From Cupriavidus necator (GTDB taxonomy: Bacteria; Pseudomonadota; Gammaproteobacteria; Burkholderiales; Burkholderiaceae), in contig NZ_CP066019.1 in the NCBI RefSeq assembly GCF_016127575.1, positions 2,700,001-2,732,000 on the forward strand: 32,000 bases of DNA, in the 5' to 3' direction. Both the position numbers and the translations under genes were made by a program. Every line of letters begins with the position of its first letter. Positions within the stretch are counted from its first letter, which is position 1. This document shows, piece by piece, positions 7,882 to 15,225 of the stretch. The notes beneath the pieces are model-generated. The model was not told where the DNA came from, made no database searches, and saw only the letters and a program-made list of their open reading frames with translations.

Positions 7882-8307
7882 TTAGCTCCAAGGCCTGGAA
7901 CAGCGCCGATATGAAATGGAAAGGCCTCCCCGCTCATGAATGAGTGCGCCGAGATCGGCGAGCCGCTCTTGCCCTGTCGTCACCGTAAGCACGTGGTGGC
8001 CAGACAGTTCGCCGCTGGGGCAGGCAAAGCGCGTAGGCCCGTAAGGAATCAAGAGTTCTCCGCCTACATCGTCATTCCCTCCATAGAGCAGAATCTGGCC
8101 CACGGCTGGCCGCGATATGCCTCCATTGCCGATATGCTTTGCGGTTCCTCCCAGGCGAGCGAAAACCGCATGGCCGCTCCAGCGCCCTTGCAGGAACTCC
8201 CATTGAGCCGGCAACCTCTCCATCAACCAGTCACATGCTGCCGGCGAGAGGTCTTGCTCAAGTCTTGCCAGAAAGGAATAGGGACCCGCCTTCATCTCGA
8301 TATCCAT
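7882..8307 (-). CDS. Small conserved hypothetical protein, possibly DUF3830 / cyclophilin-like fold
   Basis: 141 aa with GGAGAA 5 nt before ATG 8307. The motif ...LPAQWEFLQGRWSGHAVFARLG... and the overall length recall the DUF3830 family. The family call is from memory and weak; the coding call rests on operon context and the SD. Confidence 0.5.
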   Translation of the reverse strand: MDIEMKAGPYSFLARLEQDLSPAACDWLMERLPAQWEFLQGRWSGHAVFARLGGTAKHIGNGGISRPAVGQILLYGGNDDVGGELLIPYGPTRFACPSGELSGHHVLTVTTGQERLADLGALIHERGGLSISYRRCSRPWS

Positions 8308-8370
8308 AATTTCTCCGATTCGCATATAGGCAATGCAGGGGCCTGGCCAAGCCAAGGCCATTGAACAACA

Positions 8371-9573
8371 TCAACCGCGGAAACGCATGGCGGTTCCGAT
8401 GGCACACGCGAACACGATGGATAGGCACGCAGCGATGGCTATCATGGCGTTCGCCAGGCCCATCAGCCCTGCCACATATCCAACGAGCAAGCCACCCACG
8501 GCAGCGCCGGCGCGAAACGTCATGACGTGGAGCGCGACTACCCTACCCTTATGCGTCTCAACGGCTTGCATTTGAGCGAATGCACTTGAGCAGATGTTCA
8601 CAGCGGCCTGACCGAGCGCAAAAATCCCGATGGCGAAATAACCGCCTAGTTCCGAGGACGATAGCGAAAGCATTGCGGTGCCTGAGGCGAGAAAGACAAG
8701 CGAAATCACCTGGACCTTCAGCAGCGTCCGAATGTGACTGACAAGCGAAAGCAAGAGGCCAGCCGCAATAGCAAGGACTCCAAACAATGCATTGATATTG
8801 CCGAGCACCCTTGCATCCTGTCGCAGGATGCTGTCGACGATTGCCGGCAGCATGTCGATAACGGGGCGACCCAGCATCGCATACGCAAGGTAGACCAGGA
8901 AGACCAGGCGCATGGATCGGTCGTCAAGGACTGCGGTGAATGCACCCTTCAGCGTTACGAGGAAGGATTCCCGCCTGGGCGGCCGTACTGGCTTGGTCTC
9001 ACCGTCATTTCCGGAGAGAACTCGCACAAACATGGCATCTGCCAGTGCGGTGACGCCACTCAACGCGAACGCAAAAAACGAGAGATTGTTCGTTATCAAG
9101 TACGCCGCCCCAAGCGGGCCGACAGAACGTGCGATATTCATCGAGACAGAGTTCACCGACACAGCACTGGCGATTTCGGTCTTCTCGACCAGCTTGGTGA
9201 GCAATACCTGGCGGGCCGGCTGCGAAAAGCTTCCGCATATCCCGACGAGTAGCGCACACGCAAGCAACGCGAAAATCGTCAGGTTTCCGGTGACGGCAAG
9301 CGCCGCCAGGACTAAGGACGTCAGACCACAGGTCGCATCAGCGATGCGGACGACTTGCCTGACCTTGCCTCGGTCGACCAGTATCCCCGCGAGCGGGGAT
9401 ACGACGAAGGATGGTGCAAACTGGACGAAGATCAGAATGCCGAGCAGCAGTTCAGAATGAGTTTGCTCCCATGCGTACCATCCCACGACCACCTGCTGAA
9501 CCCATGTCCCAATCTGGGCCGAGGTATGAATCAGGTAATAGGCAGCAACCCGCGGCTGGCGAAGAACTCTCAT
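8371..9573 (-). CDS. MFS transporter (EntS / MFS_3 'transmembrane secretion effector'-like)
   Basis: About 12 predicted hydrophobic helices. The N-terminus reads AYYLIHTSAQIGTWVQQVVVGWYAW...SPLAGILVDRG, typical of that MFS subfamily. Its ATG (9573-9571) overlaps the TGA of the upstream ABC ATPase (an ATGA overlap). Confidence 0.8.
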   Translation of the reverse strand: MRVLRQPRVAAYYLIHTSAQIGTWVQQVVVGWYAWEQTHSELLLGILIFVQFAPSFVVSPLAGILVDRGKVRQVVRIADATCGLTSLVLAALAVTGNLTIFALLACALLVGICGSFSQPARQVLLTKLVEKTEIASAVSVNSVSMNIARSVGPLGAAYLITNNLSFFAFALSGVTALADAMFVRVLSGNDGETKPVRPPRRESFLVTLKGAFTAVLDDRSMRLVFLVYLAYAMLGRPVIDMLPAIVDSILRQDARVLGNINALFGVLAIAAGLLLSLVSHIRTLLKVQVISLVFLASGTAMLSLSSSELGGYFAIGIFALGQAAVNICSSAFAQMQAVETHKGRVVALHVMTFRAGAAVGGLLVGYVAGLMGLANAMIAIAACLSIVFACAIGTAMRFRG

Positions 9574-11624
9574 GCTCGCAAAGTCATGGACTCCACACCC
9601 ATGTCATTGCGAGAATAAGTATCCTGCATCAAAGATGAATCGGCCTCGACCAGCGAGTTCGCGTAATGGCACCGGACAGCACGCCCGTCCCCATACTCGC
9701 TCAACGCCGGCCGTTCATTGCACACGTCCGACCGATACGGGCACCGCGGGGAGAAGCAGCAGCCTTCCGGCCTTTGCATTGGGTTCGCAACGCCCGCCAG
9801 GATTCGATTCGCTTCATCCTGTTCCCGCCGCACCAAGGTCGGCGTACTTGCGAGCAGCGCTTTGGTATAGGGATGGGCCGGATTTCCCAGAACCTGCTCG
9901 GCAGGTCCATATTCGACGACTTCACCCAGATACATCACGGCAATCTCATCTGCCATATGACCCACCACAGCGAGGTCATGGCTGATAAACACCAGCGTCA
10001 GCTGAAACTCCTTCCGAAGTTGCAGCAGAAGGTTCAGGATCTGAGCTTGAACCGAGACATCCAGCGCCGACGTCGGCTCGTCGCAGACAATCAATGCCGG
10101 GTTGGTTGCAAGGGCACGTGCAATTGCAACGCGTTGGCGCTGCCCACCGGAGAGCTGCCCGGGTGAAGCGTGGTGAAGCCGGGTTGGCAGACCGACCTTC
10201 CCGAGCAAGCTGGTCACGTGCGCGTCACGTTGTGCCGCGGGCATGGCCGCAGACAGGTCAAGCGGCCGCCGTACAATCTCGCTCACACTGCGACTCGGAT
10301 TGAGCGATGAGTAGGGATCCTGAAATACGGTCTGCACAAGGGCTGCCCGCTGCGCGGGCTCATACGCTCCAATGGGACGTTCATCGAGCAGCACTTCTCC
10401 TGAAACTGGCTGCTCCAACCCGAGAAGCATCCGAGCAAGCGTGGACTTCCCGCATCCCGACTCACCCACGATGGCCAGTGTCCGGCCCTTCTGAAGACGC
10501 AAGGACACGTCAACCACAGCCTTGAGCGAGAGCCGTGGCTTGAACAGGCCGCCGCGGACCTGGTACGTCATGGAGATGTCCTTTGCTTCCAGCAGTACAT
10601 CTCCCGCCGGCCTCCGCAACATAGCCATAGGTGTCTCGACTTCCTCCGGCTGCGGGGCGCTGGCAAGGTGACATGCACCAGAGTGCTTCTTGTCGTAGGC
10701 ACGAAGCTTCGGCGCTTCGAGACCGCATCTGGCGAATGCGTACTTGCACCGACGCTCGAAGACGCAGCTGGCTGGCTGGGAATAGAAAGACTGGACGGTG
10801 CCCGGTAGTGTAGGAAGCAGAGTGCCGGCCTCATGCTTCCCAAGGTCCGGGATCGACCGTAGCAGGCCCTGCGTATAGGGATGCCGCGATGCGGCGAAGA
10901 GTGTGCTCGTCGGTGCGGCTTCTACGATTTCTCCGGCGTACATGACGGCAACGTTGTCGGCGACTGATGCTACGGCCCCCAAATTGTGGGAGATCAGCAG
11001 CAATCCCATGCCGAGCTCTCGACGCAGGTCATCCAACAAGTCCAGGATCTGCTTTTGGACCGTGACATCCAGGGCCGTAGTGGGCTCGTCGGCGATGAGC
11101 AGCTGCGGGCGATTCATGAGCGCCATGGCAATCATGATGCGCTGGCGTTGCCCACCGGAGAACTCATGCGGGAACGATGTCATACGCTTGGCCGGCGAGG
11201 CAATACCCACCCGCTCCAGCAGCTCAATCGCGCGTCTGCGGGCATGGTCGCCGGCCACCGCCTGGTGGCGCCGCATTGTCTCCGTCAACTGCCTGCCGAT
11301 GCTGTAGACGGGGTTCAAGGCCGTCATTGGCTCCTGGAAGATGTATCCAACCTGAGTCCCTCGCACGGTGCTCGCCAGGTCGCGCTCAGACATGCTGGTC
11401 AGGTCCAGGCCATTTACGCGCAGCGTGTCAGCCGAGCACTGTGCGCGCCGTGGCAGCAATCGTGGAATCGAAAGCGCAGTTAGCGACTTGCCGGAACCTG
11501 ACTCACCGACTACTCCGAGGCACTCTCCCTTGTCGATTTTGAGGCTGACGTTACGGACAGCATGCAATGTGCGCCTGTTCTCCAGCGGCAGCTTGATGCT
11601 GAGATTCTCTACTTCAAGAAGCAT
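9570..11624 (-). CDS. ABC transporter ATP-binding protein, fused double ATPase (DppD-DppF / GsiA-like)
   Basis: It carries two complete ATP-binding cassettes. Walker A motifs are GESGSGKS and GESGCGKS. Signature motifs are FSGGQRQR and LSGGQRQR. Walker B motifs are LLIADEPT and LIVCDEPT. Both halves end in the Cys-rich Opp/Dpp C-terminal segment. The true start is ATG 11624, 5 nt after the permease stop. The 848-aa ORF-track version runs into the permease gene. Confidence 0.9.
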   Translation of the reverse strand: MLLEVENLSIKLPLENRRTLHAVRNVSLKIDKGECLGVVGESGSGKSLTALSIPRLLPRRAQCSADTLRVNGLDLTSMSERDLASTVRGTQVGYIFQEPMTALNPVYSIGRQLTETMRRHQAVAGDHARRRAIELLERVGIASPAKRMTSFPHEFSGGQRQRIMIAMALMNRPQLLIADEPTTALDVTVQKQILDLLDDLRRELGMGLLLISHNLGAVASVADNVAVMYAGEIVEAAPTSTLFAASRHPYTQGLLRSIPDLGKHEAGTLLPTLPGTVQSFYSQPASCVFERRCKYAFARCGLEAPKLRAYDKKHSGACHLASAPQPEEVETPMAMLRRPAGDVLLEAKDISMTYQVRGGLFKPRLSLKAVVDVSLRLQKGRTLAIVGESGCGKSTLARMLLGLEQPVSGEVLLDERPIGAYEPAQRAALVQTVFQDPYSSLNPSRSVSEIVRRPLDLSAAMPAAQRDAHVTSLLGKVGLPTRLHHASPGQLSGGQRQRVAIARALATNPALIVCDEPTSALDVSVQAQILNLLLQLRKEFQLTLVFISHDLAVVGHMADEIAVMYLGEVVEYGPAEQVLGNPAHPYTKALLASTPTLVRREQDEANRILAGVANPMQRPEGCCFSPRCPYRSDVCNERPALSEYGDGRAVRCHYANSLVEADSSLMQDTYSRNDMGVESMTLRA

Positions 11625-11629
11625 GGCGT

Positions 11630-12532
11630 TCAATCCCGAGTCTGTGGCTGGATGACATCGCGCAACCCATCGCCGAGCAGGTTCACGCCTATCACGAGAA
11701 GAAAGAGAGATGCGCCGGGCAGCAAGACAATCCATGGATTGAGGAACATCACCGCCTTGCCTTCCGAGATCATCAACCCCCAGGACGGGATGGGCGAAGG
11801 CACTCCGACGCCAAGGAACGACAGCGACGCTTCTGCCAGGATAGAAACCGCCACTTCCGCAGTGAATACGACCAATAGCGACCCAGCCAGGTTGGGCAGG
11901 ATGTCCCAGACGATGATTTGGCGAGCACTGGCGCCAGCCAATTTCGATGCCTTGACATAGTCCAGTTCTCGAATCCGCTGCGTTGCGCTGCGCGTCACGA
12001 CCAGATAGAGCGTCCAGTGCATCAGCCCGATAACGCAGACGACGGTCGTGAGCGACGGCTGAATGAAATAGATCAGAGTCATCGCCAGGAGCAAGCTCGG
12101 AAGCGCAAGCTTGCACGTAAGGCCGAACATGACAGCGTGGTCAACCAGGCGCCCGAAGTATCCGGCGATCGAACCCAACGTTATTCCGATGACGGCGCCG
12201 ATAGACGCGGCGCAGAAGCCAATGGTGAGCGATACTCGCGCGCCCTCGAGCAGGCGCGCAAGAACGTCTCTACCCAGCTGGTCCGTGCCGAGCGGATGCT
12301 GGAGTGCGCCCCTGGCATCCCAAGCCGGCGGGCGCAGTCGCATCATCAGATCCTGCGCGTATGGGTCTGTCGTCCAAATCAGCGGCCCGAAAAGCGCAAC
12401 CATGATGTAGGCAAGTACCACCCCACCACCAATGCGCACGCTTCGGTTGCGAAGGATTCGTTTTGGCAGACTGTCGCGCCTTTCAGCATTCGATGAGGCG
12501 CTTACTTCCGTAGTCAGAGCAATATCGGTCAT
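11630..12532 (-). CDS. ABC transporter permease (DppC/OppC-like)
   Basis: The N-terminal TM helix is followed by ...DPYAQDLMMRLRPPAW... and an EAA-type loop, ASKLAGASARQIIVWDILPN. ATG 12532 lies 1 nt after the stop of the upstream permease. Confidence 0.9.
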   Translation of the reverse strand: MTDIALTTEVSASSNAERRDSLPKRILRNRSVRIGGGVVLAYIMVALFGPLIWTTDPYAQDLMMRLRPPAWDARGALQHPLGTDQLGRDVLARLLEGARVSLTIGFCAASIGAVIGITLGSIAGYFGRLVDHAVMFGLTCKLALPSLLLAMTLIYFIQPSLTTVVCVIGLMHWTLYLVVTRSATQRIRELDYVKASKLAGASARQIIVWDILPNLAGSLLVVFTAEVAVSILAEASLSFLGVGVPSPIPSWGLMISEGKAVMFLNPWIVLLPGASLFLLVIGVNLLGDGLRDVIQPQTRD

Positions 12533-12533
12533 C

Positions 12534-13451
12534 TCATGCAAGCCTAATTCGTGGGTCAAGCCAGGCGTTGAGGACGTCTGACACAAAAGTCATCAGCACA
12601 AACATCACCGCGAAGACAAGCACCAGCATCTGTAAGGTAGGGATGTCACCGGTAAGCACTGAATTCAGTGCCAACCGGCCCAATCCATTCATGGCAAAGA
12701 CGACCTCGGTAACGACCGATCCTCCCAGCTTGTTCCCCAGTTCGATGGCGAGCACGCTCACCACCGGAAGAATCGCGTTACGCAAGGCGTGGCGACGCAG
12801 AAGGCTCCAGCCGAAGAACCCTTTTGCCCGGGCGGTCCGGATAAAGTCCGCCGAAAGTACTTCCATCAGCCCCGACCTGGTCAGCCGCATGACATTCGGG
12901 ACCGCACCTTTGCCGAGAATCACCGCCGGCATAATGTAGCTCTGCCACGAGTCGTCTCCGGACACCGGAAGCAAGCCGAGGTGAACGGCGAAAAACAGGA
13001 TGAACAACAGTCCTACCCAGAAATTCGGGGCGGCCTGTATGGCGGCTGCGACTGAGAGCGCGGTGCGGTCTATCCAGCTGCCTGGCCGCAGTGCGGCAGC
13101 GACACCAAGTGGCAGGCCGATCAGGATGGTGACCAGCATCCCGCTCAGCGCCAGTCGGATGGTGACCGGTGCATGCTCGAGGATAATTTCCATGACTGGC
13201 TGCTTCATGACATAGCTGACGCCCAGGTCACCTTTTAACAGCCCGCCCACCCATGTCACGTACCGCTCTGAAGCGGGCCTGTCCAACCCGAGGTCTGCGC
13301 GGACTTGCGCGATTACGGCCGGGTCATCGGTATCGCCAACGATAGCCGCGGCCGGGTCGACGGCAAAGTTGAGCAGCGCAAAGGTGACAATCGACGCCGT
13401 CAAGGCGACGGCGATTGCCAACAGGATCTTCTGCGTAACGAATCTAAGCAC
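12534..13451 (-). CDS. ABC transporter permease (DppB/OppB-like)
   Basis: MLRFVTQKILLAIAV... and DFIRTARAKGF...LRRHALRNAILPV are typical DppB family motifs. The start is GTG at 13451. Confidence 0.9.
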   Translation of the reverse strand: MLRFVTQKILLAIAVALTASIVTFALLNFAVDPAAAIVGDTDDPAVIAQVRADLGLDRPASERYVTWVGGLLKGDLGVSYVMKQPVMEIILEHAPVTIRLALSGMLVTILIGLPLGVAAALRPGSWIDRTALSVAAAIQAAPNFWVGLLFILFFAVHLGLLPVSGDDSWQSYIMPAVILGKGAVPNVMRLTRSGLMEVLSADFIRTARAKGFFGWSLLRRHALRNAILPVVSVLAIELGNKLGGSVVTEVVFAMNGLGRLALNSVLTGDIPTLQMLVLVFAVMFVLMTFVSDVLNAWLDPRIRLA

Positions 13452-13472
13452 GATGTCGTTTCCCTAGTTCGT

Positions 13473-15032
13473 TCACTTCTTTGCCTTCCACGTGGCTAGA
13501 TACAGCCGTGGCATGCCGTCAGCAGCCTGCGGAAAATTCAGATCCGGCGCCAGGACGAAGTTCTGGGTGAATTCAAACAGAGGTACCCAGTAGGCTTGGT
13601 CAAGAATGCGACTCACCGCCTCCCGCCCGAGCTCCTTACGTGCTGGGATGTCGGTTGTGGACAGGAACTGTTCGAGACTCAAATACAGTCGCTGGTCGTG
13701 ATGGAAGTCACTGGGCGAGCCCTTGCCGAACAGATTGGGCAAGAGCGCGCCAGCATCCGCGACGCCCAGGGAGCCGTTGTTCTCGAAATATGCTGAGATC
13801 TGGTTTTCATCGCGCGCCTTGAGCACAGCGGGCGATTTGGCGACGCGCAGATTGGCGTTGATTCCGGCCTTTCGCCACATCGCGACGACAGCTTCCAGCG
13901 TTTCCTTTTCACGCGATGCCCACAGATCAAACTGAAGTCCGTTCGGATAACCCGCCTCAGTAAGAAGTTGCTTCGCCTTTGCGATGTTGTAGTTGTACTT
14001 GGTGACGTCCTGGGCGCAGCCGAACTGTATCGGCAAGCAGGGGGTATAGGCAGGAGCCGAACGTCCGCGAATGAGCTGCCTTGTCAGAGCCTCCCGGTCC
14101 ACCGCGTAGTTGAGGGCCTGACGTACCTTCAGCTTGGTAAAAGGATTGTCCTTGCCGGTGCGCCCGGCCGCGTCCAGCACGATGAAGCCGATGCGCATGG
14201 ACGGCGACGCCACAAAGACTGCTTGCTTGGTACTTCCAACCTCATCGGCAATGTCCGTTGGAATGTTGTATGTCCAATGAACGCCGCCGGAAAGAACCTC
14301 CGCTACCTGAGTTGCGTAGTCTGGAATCACCTTGATGCGAATGCGCGGGATTTCTGGCGTGCCTTTCGGGGATTCCTTGCGATAGCCGGCAAACTTTTCC
14401 AGCACGACTTCTCGTCCGGGCAGGAACGAGGTGACTTTATAGGGGCCAGTCCCCACCATTTTTCGCGACTGCGCCTCGACATCCAGGCCGCTGGGCGTCC
14501 CCGCTTTGTCGTACGTTCCGCTCTTGACAACCCGACCTGTCGTTGCCAGAAAATGCAGCGCCAGAGGATTCGCGCCCTTCATTCTGAACACCACGGTACC
14601 AGGCGCTTCCCCCTTCTCTACTTTCGCCAGCCATCGCTTGAACTGATCCCCCTTCTTGGCAGTGCTTTTGGGATTGATGATGGACTGGAATGTATAGATG
14701 ACGTCGTCGGCTGTCACTTTGCTGCCGTCATGGAACTGGATGTCCTCACGCAGGGTGACTTCAAGAACGGTCGGTTCGAGATATCGGTAGCTCTTTGCCA
14801 GCAAGGGCGTCGGCTGCTGCGTCGCCGGGTCGATGTAGAAGAGAGAATCGTCAATCAGGAGACTGAGGATTTCGTTCTCGCGAGAGGTGGAGTTGAAATT
14901 GTCCAATACCAATATTTCTCTCGCGACCGCTGCGACAAGCGTGCCGTCTGCGGGCTTGGCGTCCGCGGCAATCGGTGAGAAACATCCCCATAGGATGGAG
15001 AGGCCTGCCAAGCTGCTGCGAACTCGTTTCAT
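13473..15032 (-). CDS. ABC transporter substrate-binding protein, family 5 (peptide/nickel/opine type)
   Basis: Signal peptide MKRVRSSLAGLSILWGCFSPIAADA. About 520 aa with the family-5 pattern ...YRYLEPTVLEVTLREDIQFHDGSKVTADDV... It is the first gene of the ABC operon. Confidence 0.9.
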   Translation of the reverse strand: MKRVRSSLAGLSILWGCFSPIAADAKPADGTLVAAVAREILVLDNFNSTSRENEILSLLIDDSLFYIDPATQQPTPLLAKSYRYLEPTVLEVTLREDIQFHDGSKVTADDVIYTFQSIINPKSTAKKGDQFKRWLAKVEKGEAPGTVVFRMKGANPLALHFLATTGRVVKSGTYDKAGTPSGLDVEAQSRKMVGTGPYKVTSFLPGREVVLEKFAGYRKESPKGTPEIPRIRIKVIPDYATQVAEVLSGGVHWTYNIPTDIADEVGSTKQAVFVASPSMRIGFIVLDAAGRTGKDNPFTKLKVRQALNYAVDREALTRQLIRGRSAPAYTPCLPIQFGCAQDVTKYNYNIAKAKQLLTEAGYPNGLQFDLWASREKETLEAVVAMWRKAGINANLRVAKSPAVLKARDENQISAYFENNGSLGVADAGALLPNLFGKGSPSDFHHDQRLYLSLEQFLSTTDIPARKELGREAVSRILDQAYWVPLFEFTQNFVLAPDLNFPQAADGMPRLYLATWKAKK

Positions 15033-15077
15033 GCTCTGTAATCCCCCTGAACATACGATTTTTTGCCGTTCTGGTCA

Positions 15078-15094
15078 TACTGGTATGACCAGTG
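15078..15094. promoter_or_regulatory. Operator O3: TACTGGTatgACCAGTg, embedded in the palindrome CTGGTCATAC-TG-GTATGACCAG (15071-15092)
   Basis: Read directly from the sequence. It lies 7 nt downstream of the -10 of the ABC-operon promoter and 46 nt upstream of the SBP start codon. Confidence 0.6.
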
Positions 15095-15101
15095 TCGAGA
15101 C

Positions 15102-15131
15102 ACTATAGTCGGGGGGTTGAGCTACTGTCAA
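15102..15131 (-). promoter_or_regulatory. Near-consensus sigma70 promoter for the ABC/MFS/DUF3830/alc operon (TTGACA-18-TATAGT)
   Basis: On the minus strand, TTGACA is at 15131-15126, followed by an 18-nt spacer and TATAGT at 15107-15102. Confidence 0.55.
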
Positions 15132-15225
15132 AAGAGGGTTTTCCCGCAGTGGCAGCGCCCGATTGCCAACTCGCTGGCGTGTGCCGCCTATACTCCGCAT
15201 GCCACCTTTCATCCGGAGCCAAACC

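Noticed and set aside
9570-12116. 848-aa ORF suggesting a giant ABC ATPase
   Set aside because: The first 164 codons overlap the DppC-like permease gene (11630-12532) in another frame and have no ATPase features. The real protein starts at ATG 11624 (MLLEVENLS...), 5 nt after the permease stop.
13968-14978. 336-aa plus-strand ORF opposite the substrate-binding protein gene, and similar ones opposite the porin (4461-5138) and MFS (8734-9460)
   Set aside because: These are antisense ORFs without motifs. The opposite strands encode complete, recognisable proteins in tight operon spacing.
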